Below are positions 18,773-28,121 of a stretch of DNA of 64,000 bases, in pieces. Under the pieces are notes generated by a model, which searched no databases, had not been told where the DNA came from, and saw nothing but the letters and a program-made list of their open reading frames with translations. Position 1 is the first letter of the stretch; each line of letters starts with the position of its first letter. This DNA is from an uncultured Gammaproteobacteria bacterium (lineage in GTDB: Bacteria > Patescibacteriota > Patescibacteriia > Magasanikbacterales > UBA922), in assembly GCA_964522435.1 (NCBI GenBank), contig CAZFUL010000002.1, forward strand, positions 108,631 to 172,630, given 5' to 3'. A program made the position numbers and the translations under genes.

Positions 18773-20541
18773 GTGACTTTGTCATAAAAAAATCAAGCAA
18801 TAAAGCAGGTACTGGTGACCGACGATTGCAGATCGCTGCTCTGTGTATTGCAGGGATCGCTGGTATTATTATGGTACGGCTTTTTTTTCTTATGGTCGTG
18901 AACCATTCCTTTTATGAACAACTAGCGGCAGGTGCCCATGATTTATATGCGCAATTATTTCCTAAAAGAGGGAGTGTATTTATTCAGGATACCAGAACCA
19001 AAGAAACGTTTCCTTTGGCTATGAATCGCGATGTATTTTTGTTATACGCAGATACGAGAAATATTACAACAGACGATGAAGCAGAAAAAATTGCCGAGAC
19101 GCTTGCGCCCCTTCTTGGCTATGATGATGAAAAAAAATTTGCATTGTTTACTGCGATAAATAAACGGACAGATCCCTACGAACCAATAGAGCCACAAATT
19201 GAAGAATCGGTAAAACAGCAGATTGAAGAAAAACAATTGCCTGGTATTCAGTTTGTTCGGCAGTCAAAACGCTTTTATCCAGAAGGACCCTTAGCTGCTT
19301 CTGTTATTGGATTTTTAGGAAAAAATGAAGAAGGAAAAGATATTGGTCGTTATGGTATTGAAGGGTATTGGAATGATACCCTTGCCGGTGTCCAAGGATA
19401 TGTCGCTGGATTGCGAGGAGCAGGGGGGAGTGTGATTACGTCTGCAGGAAGAGTATTTGAACCAGCGCAACATGGATCTGATGTATTGTTAACGCTTGAT
19501 AGGACCTTGCAATACCGTGCCTGTGAAATATTGCGCGAACGTATGACAGAGTATGGAGCCGATAGTGCCTCGCTTATTATGATGAATCCGCACAGCGGGG
19601 CGATTATTGCGATGTGCAGCTTGCCAGATTTTGATCCCAATATCTATTCTCAGGTGGATGATGCTGCGGTGTACAACAATGCGAGTATATTTACTCCATA
19701 TGAACCAGGATCTATTATGAAGCCCTTAGTGATGGCGGCAGCGATTAATGAAGAACTCGTGACCCCAAATAGTGTTTTTTTTGACAGTGGGTTTAAAGAA
19801 GGGTTGTGTCAAAAACCAATTCGTAATGCGAACAACAAATCATACGGTGATCAAACCATGACCGGTGTATTAGAAAATTCTATCAACACCGGGATGATTT
19901 ATATTGCTGAGTTACTAGGTAAACAACGGGAGATTGCGTATTTAGAACGCTTTGGGTTGGGCGTAAAAGAGGGAATAGAGTTGGATAAAGAGAGCAGTGG
20001 CACCCTTGAAAGTTTATCATTAAATAGTGGAGATAAGATTGATTGTTATGCCGCAACCGCGTCGTTTGGTCAGGGAATTACGGCAACACCGTTGCAAATG
20101 GTAACGGCCTTTTCTGCGATTGCAAATGGTGGGCTCTTAATGAAACCGTATATTGTGGAAGAAATTCGTCATAGTGATGGACGTGTAGAAAAAATAAAAC
20201 CAACACAAATTCGCCGCGTGATATCTGAACGCGCTGCAGGACTCGTGGGAGCAATGATGGTAAGCGTGATAGAAAAAGGGCAAACAAAAAGTGCGGTAAT
20301 TCCGGGCTATCATGTGGCGGGAAAAACAGGAACTGCGCAAATTGCTGAAAAAGGAATATATGTTGATGCCACCAATCATTCCTTTGTTGGATTTGTTCCG
20401 GTAGAGGATCCCGCGTTTGTGATGATTGTTACCTTTGAAAAACCAGATCGTGGATTTGCTGACTCAACCAGTGGTCCCACGTTTCAAAAAATTGCATCGT
20501 TTGCCTTGCAGTATTATGGGATAGCACCCAGAGGACAGTAA
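18769..20541 (+). CDS. penicillin-binding protein transpeptidase (PBP2/FtsI class B)
   Basis: N-terminal TM helix and motifs SxxK 'SIMKP', SxN 'SIN' and KTG 'AGKTGTAQ'. The start overlaps the pilT stop in an ATGA arrangement. Confidence 0.85.
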   Translation: MSDFVIKKSSNKAGTGDRRLQIAALCIAGIAGIIMVRLFFLMVVNHSFYEQLAAGAHDLYAQLFPKRGSVFIQDTRTKETFPLAMNRDVFLLYADTRNITTDDEAEKIAETLAPLLGYDDEKKFALFTAINKRTDPYEPIEPQIEESVKQQIEEKQLPGIQFVRQSKRFYPEGPLAASVIGFLGKNEEGKDIGRYGIEGYWNDTLAGVQGYVAGLRGAGGSVITSAGRVFEPAQHGSDVLLTLDRTLQYRACEILRERMTEYGADSASLIMMNPHSGAIIAMCSLPDFDPNIYSQVDDAAVYNNASIFTPYEPGSIMKPLVMAAAINEELVTPNSVFFDSGFKEGLCQKPIRNANNKSYGDQTMTGVLENSINTGMIYIAELLGKQREIAYLERFGLGVKEGIELDKESSGTLESLSLNSGDKIDCYAATASFGQGITATPLQMVTAFSAIANGGLLMKPYIVEEIRHSDGRVEKIKPTQIRRVISERAAGLVGAMMVSVIEKGQTKSAVIPGYHVAGKTGTAQIAEKGIYVDATNHSFVGFVPVEDPAFVMIVTFEKPDRGFADSTSGPTFQKIASFALQYYGIAPRGQ

Positions 20542-20585
20542 ATAAAAAAGCAATGAGTTGTTCATTGCTTGTCCTAAAATTTCGC

Positions 20586-20659
20586 GTAACAAGGGGGAGA
20601 TTCGAACTCCCGACCTGAGGGTTATGAATCCTCCGCTCTTACCAACTGAGCTACCCTGT
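20586..20659 (-). tRNA. tRNA-Met (anticodon CAT; an elongator or lysidine-Ile2 type cannot be excluded)
   Basis: Hand-folded. Acceptor GACAGGG/CCUUGUU includes two G-U pairs. D-arm is GCUC-AGUUGGUAA-GAGC, the anticodon loop is UUCAUAA, and the T-arm is GGGAG-UUCGAAU-CUCCC. No CCA is encoded. Confidence 0.7.
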
Positions 20660-20860
20660 CGTCGCCCCTAAAGGGAATTTTTGTTTCCTAGCCAGTATAC
20701 GGTATAAAAAGAAATATTTCAAGAGTCTACTATTGTTCTCCTGAACATCATCCGTATCTACGAATAAGGTATTTGGAGTGGGAAGTGCATAAATGCCCTT
20801 CCCATACCGGCAGGTGAGCCACCGCGTCAATCGCGTTGGTTGCACACTGTTTTGTGGTTG

Positions 20861-21775
20861 TTACTTCTTCACGGCGAGGAAGTAGGTGTTGGAGTCCCAC
20901 TTCTCGGGCTCTTTCTCCGAGAATGAGAAGCTCCGCCATTCGTCAAGGCTCAGGGAAGCGAAGTAGATTGTTTCGCGTCCACTGTATGTTTTAATGGCGT
21001 AGTGCCAGCCAATGGTCACGATCGGACCTTTGGCAAACATCCCTTTGCTTGCCTCGGCAAAGGAGAGAATTTCTCCCAGTAGGGCCGGTTGCAGGCCTCG
21101 CTTGGCCAATTCGTAGGACACTCCTTCGCTCGTCATCGGTTGATCGAATTTGATGATTTGGAAGGTTACATTACGGTAACCGTCGATCATCGGGAATTGG
21201 ATCTCGTCGACGGTGCCCCGTACACCCCAGGGGAACACCGTAACGTTGTCGAGTTCGGCCAGCGCGAGCATTTCCCGCAAGGTCAATCCCAGGTCAAACT
21301 TTACGTCGAAGGTATCTCCGGGCTTGATCTCGCGATAGCCTGCAGGCATGAAGCGCCAGGGATCGAAGGAGATACGCGAACCCTGGGAACATCCCAGGGT
21401 GACCTGCCAGCGGTTGATGGGGTCAGCCTTTCGTGAAAGCAGCATGTAGCTGCATTTGCACTTGCAGCGCATGGGAGTGTTGTCGTCCTCGACGTCAGTC
21501 AGGGTGCGGAGCTCCCAATCCCCGCCGCCGTTGGCGTTGAAGTGGCGCGCGATGGCCTGAAGGCGCAGGTTTTCATCTTGATCCGGCTCCGTCGCGGCGT
21601 TGGCCGCGTTCACTCGCTGCTTCACTTCTTCGGGCAGCGCGTCGAACATCTGCGCACGCCAGGAGCGTTGCGTGTCGGCCTGGCTTTCGTGCCAGGGCTT
21701 GATCGTGGGGCGGGCTGCTGTGCAGGCCGCCAAAAACCAGCTGATGATCAGCAGAGAAAGGTTTTTGAATTTCAT
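20861..21775 (-). CDS. GC-rich lipoprotein of unknown function
   Basis: ATG start, signal peptide and lipobox 'FLAACT'. 304 aa with much higher GC than its neighbours. It lies between two tRNA genes. Confidence 0.6.
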   Translation of the reverse strand: MKFKNLSLLIISWFLAACTAARPTIKPWHESQADTQRSWRAQMFDALPEEVKQRVNAANAATEPDQDENLRLQAIARHFNANGGGDWELRTLTDVEDDNTPMRCKCKCSYMLLSRKADPINRWQVTLGCSQGSRISFDPWRFMPAGYREIKPGDTFDVKFDLGLTLREMLALAELDNVTVFPWGVRGTVDEIQFPMIDGYRNVTFQIIKFDQPMTSEGVSYELAKRGLQPALLGEILSFAEASKGMFAKGPIVTIGWHYAIKTYSGRETIYFASLSLDEWRSFSFSEKEPEKWDSNTYFLAVKK

Positions 21776-21956
21776 CGAGATATCCTTTCCTCAGGTGTTG
21801 TTTCGCCCATCATATTTCACACTATGTGGCTTGGGCGCGTAGCATGTTGTTTACCAAACATTGATACACAATATGCTCTGCGTCAATTGGTTTACGAGGA
21901 AGAATAAGGCATAGAGTATATATACAAAAAAAGAGGTTTTGTCAACCTCTTTATTG

Positions 21957-22028
21957 TAGCCCCAAGGGGAATTGAACCCCTGTTACCTGGATGAGAACCG
22001 GGCGTCCTAGCCACTAGACGATGAGGCC
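21957..22028 (-). tRNA. tRNA-Glu (anticodon CTC)
   Basis: Hand-folded. Acceptor is GGCCUCA/UGGGGCU, D-arm GUCU-AGUGGCUA-GGAC, anticodon loop UUCUCAU, T-arm AGGGG-UUCAAUU-CCCCU. It resembles the E. coli tRNA-Glu architecture. Confidence 0.65.
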
Positions 22029-22043
22029 ATTGCCTAGCACCCA

Positions 22044-22403
22044 TTACACGTCCATGGTTGCGTCAGTCGTATCAACCGTTGTTGGTTCTTCTTGTAAAAG
22101 CATTTGTTTAGAAGAAAACGGTTTTTTTCCTTTTAAAGCATCTTTTAATGCTTTGCCTGCTTTAAATTTTGGTACGGTTACTGGGGGAATTTGAATTTTT
22201 TCTTGTGGATTTTGTGGATTTACCCCAATACGTCCTGCGCGAGTTTTGGCACTAAATTGTCCAAATCCGGCAATATTTACTGAATCTTTTTTAAGAAGTG
22301 TTTCAACCACAACCTCAACAAAGGCATGCACCATTTCTTCCGCTTCTTTTTTCGACATGCCAGCACGATCGGCAATTGCTTGTGCAAGGGCTGCTTTATT
22401 CAT
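22044..22403 (-). CDS. hup: HU/IHF-family nucleoid protein with Lys/Ala-rich C-terminal tail
   Basis: 'MNKAALAQAIADRAGMSKKEAEEMVHAFV...GFGQFSAKTRAGRIGVNPQNPQEKIQIP' is canonical HU, followed by a roughly 30-aa extension 'KFKAGKALKDALKGKK...'. Confidence 0.85.
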   Translation of the reverse strand: MNKAALAQAIADRAGMSKKEAEEMVHAFVEVVVETLLKKDSVNIAGFGQFSAKTRAGRIGVNPQNPQEKIQIPPVTVPKFKAGKALKDALKGKKPFSSKQMLLQEEPTTVDTTDATMDV

Positions 22404-22589
22404 AGTACGGATATGGGGATAAATATATATAACGCAGTTATTATAACGAAAGAGTTTTTTTATGTCAATGGAGCGCAATTATTCCCTCTATGTGATCTTG
22501 ACAAAATAGAAAAAGGTTTGTAGGCTGAAGTGCTTCTTTCCCATGGTGGGAGAGAAGGTGTGGTACTCAAACATGACTGGAGAAATGTC

Positions 22590-23573
22590 ATGAAGAAGAT
22601 TCTTTTGTTGTTGCTCCTCGCTGGGTTGGGCGTCCTCGTATGGAAAAACCATACCCCCAAGAACACGTTGGGAGGGGACGCGCCGCCGGTAGTGACGGTC
22701 GCACAGAAGATGACTGAGCTGCTCACTGCCTACGAGGCGCTCCATCCCCAGCCGGATCATTTCTGGTTGACGGGTGGAGATCAGCTGATGTTGATCGGTG
22801 CTCCCGCGTACAACAAGCTCCTCCAGACTTGGAAGGCGGACGCCATCGCGGGTTTGCGTCGCAACATGGAGGCGCACCCGCTCATGCACGACCTCATGAG
22901 CGAGTTTCCTGACTTCCGGATCACTGAGGTGGTTCGGCAGGGAAATAGCTACGGGTCCCGGGCGGTGTTCCCTGGAAAGATTGAGGGGAATATCGAACAG
23001 TTCATGCAAGAGCAAGGGAAGTTCCTCGAAGTCGCCCTCATCCCAGAGCAAAACTGGGATCACTCGGCGTTTCCCTCTTGCTTGTACTACAACAAGGGAT
23101 GGGGAGCCGTGATGGTGGTTGGCGTGGACATCCCTGCAACGTTTGGCACGGCGCTGTTGGCTCATGAACTTGGGCATGCGTTGCGTCATCGCCAAGGTGC
23201 CGGGTCTGCAACCGCTCACCCGAGCACGGATCTCTTCATCGGCGAAGAGGTGGAGATGCATGTTCTTGAACATGAGGTGTTGAACTTCGCGGTTCAGGGC
23301 AAGTTCAATCAGCTCTTGGATCGCATCATCGCCCGCGCGGCCAACAAGCAAGACATGAACCAGGTGATCAAGTCTGTCACTGCAGAAGACCTCAAGGCCT
23401 ACGACCAGCTCTTCGGGCTTGAGTCTGCTGGCAAAGAGATTGCCTCACTTGCCCTTGGGCAGTTCCTGTTGTCCTTGGGCTTCCGCATGATTGACGGCTA
23501 CATCACAGAGCCGCAAGCCGCACATGCAGAGAAGATTCGCTTCTATCGTTGGATCAGCAATCCGGCGAAGTAG
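22590..23573 (+). CDS. GC-rich exported protein with HExxH zinc-metallopeptidase-like motif
   Basis: Start at 'MKKILLLLLLAGLGVLVW' (signal peptide or anchor). It carries 'ALLAHELGHALRH'. The high-GC antisense ORF 22488..23351 is a shadow. Confidence 0.45.
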   Translation: MKKILLLLLLAGLGVLVWKNHTPKNTLGGDAPPVVTVAQKMTELLTAYEALHPQPDHFWLTGGDQLMLIGAPAYNKLLQTWKADAIAGLRRNMEAHPLMHDLMSEFPDFRITEVVRQGNSYGSRAVFPGKIEGNIEQFMQEQGKFLEVALIPEQNWDHSAFPSCLYYNKGWGAVMVVGVDIPATFGTALLAHELGHALRHRQGAGSATAHPSTDLFIGEEVEMHVLEHEVLNFAVQGKFNQLLDRIIARAANKQDMNQVIKSVTAEDLKAYDQLFGLESAGKEIASLALGQFLLSLGFRMIDGYITEPQAAHAEKIRFYRWISNPAK

Positions 23574-23644
23574 CTTCTTTCTCATGTGCTTCTGTCGCGC
23601 AGGGTAACAACACCATGGTTGCCCTGCCGACTTCCTTCCATATA

Positions 23645-23682
23645 TAAAAAAACAAGGTGTATCACCTTGTTTTCTTTTTTAT
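23645..23682. terminator. bidirectional rho-independent terminator between the HExxH gene and rny
   Basis: Hairpin 'acaaggtg-ta-tcaccttgt' is flanked by an A-run on one side and a T-run on the other. Confidence 0.6.
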
Positions 23683-23686
23683 CGGT

Positions 23687-25201
23687 TTATCTTGCGTATT
23701 CAATCACGCGATTTTCGCGAATTAAGTTTACTTTAATTTCACCAGGATATTGCAATTCACTTTCAATTTTTCGTGCAATATCTTTTGCAAGATTATAGGA
23801 TTGATAGTCATCTACTTCTTTTGGATTCACAAATACCCGAATCTCACGACCAGCTTGGATAGCATACACTTTATCCACGCCAGGGAAATCTTTGGCTGTT
23901 TTTTCTAAATCTTCTAAGCGGGCAACATATTGTTCATAGGTATCACGACGTGCACCCACACGAGAAGCAGAAATAGCATCTCCTGCCATACATAATTTTG
24001 TCAGTAAAAGTGGGGGATTGGTATCATGATGGGTTAACGCTACTTGCGCTGTGTCTTCATCTACATTGAATTTTTTCAAAATAGTATAGCCAATTTGCGT
24101 GTGGGTTCCTTGTGTTTCATGGTCTACTGCTTTTCCAATATCGTGGAAAAAGCCTGCTTTTCTTGCTTTTGCTGGATCCATGCCCAATTCTTCTGCCATT
24201 AAGGCAGACAAGTGACCAACTTCAATACAGTGGTTTAATACATTTTGTCCATAACTGGTACGGTATTTTAACCGACCAATAATAGAGATGAGTTTTGGAT
24301 CAAGGGCAATAATACCCATTTGATGCGCGGCTTCTTCTCCTGTTTTACTTAAGTCAATCGCTAAATCACGTTTTGCTTCTAAAATATATTCTTCAATTTT
24401 TGCTGGTTGAATACGTCCATCAGCAATCAATTTTTCAATCGCTAATTGACAGACGCGTCTGCGAATAGGGGAGAAACTAGAGACCACCAATACCTGAGGA
24501 GTTTCATCAATAATCAATTCACAGCCAGTCATTTTTTCAATGGTTTTAATATTGCGGCCTTCTTTTCCAATAATACGGCCTTTCATTTCTTCACTTGGCA
24601 AATCAATCACCGTTCCGGTGGTTTCTGCTGCATGGTTACAGGCAGTTCGTTGCATTGCCCCAACAACCACTTCTTTTGCTTTTTGTTCAATTTCGTCTCT
24701 GGTGCGTTGATCTAATTTTAATTGCAAATTGAGCAAGGTTTCTTGAGAACTTTTTTCTACCTCTTGAATTAATACTTGCTTTGCTTGATCTTGAGAAAGA
24801 GCAGACACCTTTTCAAGGCGAGTAATAACCTCTTGTTCTTTTTGAGATATTTTTACTTTAATTTCTTCTATTTCTTTTGCTTTATCTTCAATCTGACTTT
24901 TTCTATCGTCTAAATCAGCAATTTTTTTTACAAAAAGACCTTCTCGTTCTTCAAGGCGTTCTCGTGCTTTGTCTACTTCTTTTCGACGCTGTTCTTCTTC
25001 TTTTTTGGCTTCATCAATAATCTGAATGGCCTTTTCTTTTGCTTGTAAAATTACTTCTTGTTCTTTTGTCTTGGCTTCAATTAAGCGTTTTTCAGCCAAG
25101 GCTTCGACAGAGTTTGCTTTGGTTTGAGCAACGTGTTTGCGGATAACATATCCCGCTGCTCCTCCAATGCCGGCGGCAAGGAGAAAAATAAGAATATACA
25201 T
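23687..25201 (-). CDS. rny: ribonuclease Y
   Basis: N-terminal TM helix, a long coiled-coil, a KH domain 'GRIIGKEGRNIKTIE' and an HD domain (FHDIGK, HHD). Confidence 0.9.
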   Translation of the reverse strand: MYILIFLLAAGIGGAAGYVIRKHVAQTKANSVEALAEKRLIEAKTKEQEVILQAKEKAIQIIDEAKKEEEQRRKEVDKARERLEEREGLFVKKIADLDDRKSQIEDKAKEIEEIKVKISQKEQEVITRLEKVSALSQDQAKQVLIQEVEKSSQETLLNLQLKLDQRTRDEIEQKAKEVVVGAMQRTACNHAAETTGTVIDLPSEEMKGRIIGKEGRNIKTIEKMTGCELIIDETPQVLVVSSFSPIRRRVCQLAIEKLIADGRIQPAKIEEYILEAKRDLAIDLSKTGEEAAHQMGIIALDPKLISIIGRLKYRTSYGQNVLNHCIEVGHLSALMAEELGMDPAKARKAGFFHDIGKAVDHETQGTHTQIGYTILKKFNVDEDTAQVALTHHDTNPPLLLTKLCMAGDAISASRVGARRDTYEQYVARLEDLEKTAKDFPGVDKVYAIQAGREIRVFVNPKEVDDYQSYNLAKDIARKIESELQYPGEIKVNLIRENRVIEYAR

Positions 25202-25531
25202 AAAAACCTATATTACAAAGGATATAGGCATAGTGAGTTGCTGTATTCTCTCAGGAGAGAGAATGAACAAAAATAGACATGAAGCACTTAGGACTTCATG
25301 AGGAAGAAAAACGAAGGGAGAGACAAGGTTCGGTTCGTATGCATAGTCTGAATAACGGTCTTTTCTTATTTCTGGTTAACAACTCAATATGAGGCATCCT
25401 TTCATAAATTATATACTGTGATAAAGATAGCATGAAGAAGGGGGATTGTCAACCAATCTTTTTATCACCCTATAATTGCATATCCGCTCTAAGTATCGTA
25501 CAATAAGCACATCTTTTATGATGTTTCTTCT

Positions 25532-26959
25532 ATGCGGATTACCCAAAATGCCAGCTACATGACCATTGCTTCTATTGCCCAAAAAGTAGTGGCATTTGTG
25601 TATTTTACCCTTATTGCAAGAACCTTGGGTCCTGAACAGCAGGGCATATATAGTACCGCCTTAACCTTTACCACGATTATGGTGGTATTTATTGACCTTG
25701 GCTTAACCAATGTGCTTATTCGCGAGGTGGCAAAAGCAAAGGATAAGGCACAAACCTATTTATCCACCGTTGTTGCTATTAAAATAGTATTGGGGATACT
25801 TACCTATCTGGCAACCGTACTTATTGTAAATGTTGTTCCGTATGATCCGCTGTTAAAACAGTTGATTTATGTGTCTGCTATTACCATGCTGTTTGATTCT
25901 TTTCACACCACCATGTATGGGGTGTTGCGTGGTTTAGGTGATTTGCGCTACGAATCTATTATGGTATTTGGGAGCCAGTTATGTACCCTCGCGCTCGGAT
26001 CAATTTTTTTATTTTATGGCCTTCCCATAGTCTTTTTGATTCTCGCGTTTACCATTGCGAGTGCGGTAAATTTTTTGTTTGCCTTTGTCATGATGAAAAA
26101 ACACTACGCGGTTCGGCTTATTCCTTCATTTGATCCGGAAATTGCTCGTTTGCTTATTCGTATTGCTATTCCCTTTGCCTTAGCGGGATTGTTTGCGCGG
26201 GTGTACTCGTATGTAGATAGTTTATTATTAGAACGGTTCCTCGATGTGCGTGCTGTTGGTTGGTATTCTGTTGCCTATAAAATTACTTATGCCTTTCAAT
26301 TTATTCCGCTTGCGCTTGTGGCCGCTTTGTATCCTCAACTCAGTAAATATTATAAAGAAAACAAAGAACGCTTGGCCTATATATTTGAGCGTGGCTTGGT
26401 GTATTTGGCGCTGGCCGCGTTTCCTATTGCCTTTGGTATTGCGGTATTGGCAAGGGATATTATTTTGTCTATTTTTACCGTGGCTTATGAACCATCAATT
26501 ATGCCCTTACAAATATTGGTAATCAGTTTAATATTTTCGTTTATTGGCTTTCCTATTGGGGCCTGTTTAAATGCCTGTGATCGTCAAGCAACCCAAACAA
26601 AAATAGTGGGAGCTGTGATGGTAGTAAATGTTCTATTAAATATACTCTTTATTCCAATCTGGGGGCCAAGTGGGGCAGCGGTTGCCGCACTTATTGGAAA
26701 CATTCTTCTTACCGTTATTGGGTATTTGTATATTCCCTCTATTGCTGCCATTTCACACCGATATATTTTTAAGAATATTGGTCTTATTGCTCTTAGTGCC
26801 GCAGTGATGGCAGCGGTTGTGTTTGCCGTGCATAGCTCTGTATCCTACAGTATCTCAATTATTATTGGGGCCTTTGTTTATGCCGCTATGGTTATAGCCA
26901 CAAAAGTGCTGCGCCCAAGCCAACTGGTTGAATTGCGGTTATTGTTGCAAAAAAAATAA
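25532..26959 (+). CDS. Wzx-like polysaccharide flippase (MOP superfamily)
   Basis: 475 aa with 12 or more TM helices. The N-terminus 'IASIAQKVVAFVYFTLIARTLGPEQQGIY' is typical of Polysacc_synt proteins. Confidence 0.55.
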   Translation: MRITQNASYMTIASIAQKVVAFVYFTLIARTLGPEQQGIYSTALTFTTIMVVFIDLGLTNVLIREVAKAKDKAQTYLSTVVAIKIVLGILTYLATVLIVNVVPYDPLLKQLIYVSAITMLFDSFHTTMYGVLRGLGDLRYESIMVFGSQLCTLALGSIFLFYGLPIVFLILAFTIASAVNFLFAFVMMKKHYAVRLIPSFDPEIARLLIRIAIPFALAGLFARVYSYVDSLLLERFLDVRAVGWYSVAYKITYAFQFIPLALVAALYPQLSKYYKENKERLAYIFERGLVYLALAAFPIAFGIAVLARDIILSIFTVAYEPSIMPLQILVISLIFSFIGFPIGACLNACDRQATQTKIVGAVMVVNVLLNILFIPIWGPSGAAVAALIGNILLTVIGYLYIPSIAAISHRYIFKNIGLIALSAAVMAAVVFAVHSSVSYSISIIIGAFVYAAMVIATKVLRPSQLVELRLLLQKK

Positions 26960-26968
26960 TCTCTTTTT

Positions 26969-28114
26969 ATGAAAAAAATATTGATTATTACCTTAGAATA
27001 TCCTCCCATTATTGGCGGCATTGCTACCTATGTCGAACAATTTGCTCGCTCCTTGCCCTCTGGGAGTGTCGTTGTTCTTGCCCCCTCAGATACGGGCGCA
27101 CAAGAACATGATGCTATATCAGGAGTTACCATTGTTCGTCATCCACTTTTGTTTCCACGGTTTCTGTGGCCGCGCTGGTTGCGTATGTTTGGGGTGGTAA
27201 GACGTATTGTGAAACAAGAACAGATACAAGCAATCCATGTGCACCATATATTACCGGTTGGCTATATTGCGTGGATAATGAAAAAACTATTTGGCATACC
27301 CTATCTTATTTTTTCTCATGGGACAGATATTGCCGCAGCAGCGTCATATCGATTTAAGCGTCGTACCGCAATGCTGGTTGCGAAGGGAGCTGAACAAATT
27401 ATTGTGAATAGTCAGCATTTAGCAGAGCGTTTATGGGCGGCTTTTCCTCTCTTACAAGAAAAAACAACCGTGTTGTATCCCTGTCCTGATGCAACATTTT
27501 TTACCGCACCAGCGCAAAGTGACATTGACGCGCTCAGATCTCAATATGCGTTGGAAGGAAAAAAAGTATTATTAACGATTGCCCGTTTTGACGAAGGAAA
27601 AGGCTTTCCGCATCTTATTCGAGTTATGCCGCGTATCTTACAACAGTATCCGCAAGTAGTATGGTTAATTATTGGCGATGGTACGAATGAGAAACGAGAA
27701 GAAATTATTCAGGCAATACAAAAAGAACAACTGCAAAACATTGTTCGTTTTGTGGGAAAAATTCCTCATGACAAATTAAAGGCCTATTATTATCTCGCGG
27801 ATATGTTTGTATTATTAACTCATCCCGATGCGCGAGGAAAAGAAGAAGGGCTTGGCTTAGTGTTTTTAGAAGCCGCTACGGCTGGTTTGCCGGTTGTTGC
27901 CGGTAAAAGTGGGGGGGTAGAAGAAGCCGTGATTCATGGACAAACCGGCATTGTGGTTGACGTACTTGCTCCGGGAACACAAATTGAAGAGAGCATTGTG
28001 TTGTTACTGCAACAACCCGCATATGCCAAAAAACTCGGTCTTGCGGGTCAAGAACGCATGCAGCGTGAATTTCGTTGGGAACATCAAGTGACCCGTATTC
28101 AACAGTGGTTGTAA
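26969..28114 (+). CDS. glycosyltransferase family 4 (GT-B)
   Basis: 'EGLGLVFLEAATAGLPVVAGKSGGVEEAV' carries the E-x7-E motif. Confidence 0.85.
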   Translation: MKKILIITLEYPPIIGGIATYVEQFARSLPSGSVVVLAPSDTGAQEHDAISGVTIVRHPLLFPRFLWPRWLRMFGVVRRIVKQEQIQAIHVHHILPVGYIAWIMKKLFGIPYLIFSHGTDIAAAASYRFKRRTAMLVAKGAEQIIVNSQHLAERLWAAFPLLQEKTTVLYPCPDATFFTAPAQSDIDALRSQYALEGKKVLLTIARFDEGKGFPHLIRVMPRILQQYPQVVWLIIGDGTNEKREEIIQAIQKEQLQNIVRFVGKIPHDKLKAYYYLADMFVLLTHPDARGKEEGLGLVFLEAATAGLPVVAGKSGGVEEAVIHGQTGIVVDVLAPGTQIEESIVLLLQQPAYAKKLGLAGQERMQREFRWEHQVTRIQQWL

Positions 28115-28121
28115 CCATCAT

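Noticed and set aside
22488-23351. 287-aa minus-strand ORF
   Set aside because: It is antisense to the HExxH gene inside a GC-rich island. It is Arg/His-rich with no signal or domain features.
25202-25531. Possible divergent promoter (TTGTCA ... TATAAT) between rny and the flippase operon
   Set aside because: The spacer length (about 19 nt) is poor and there is no supporting conservation. It is too weak to call as a feature.
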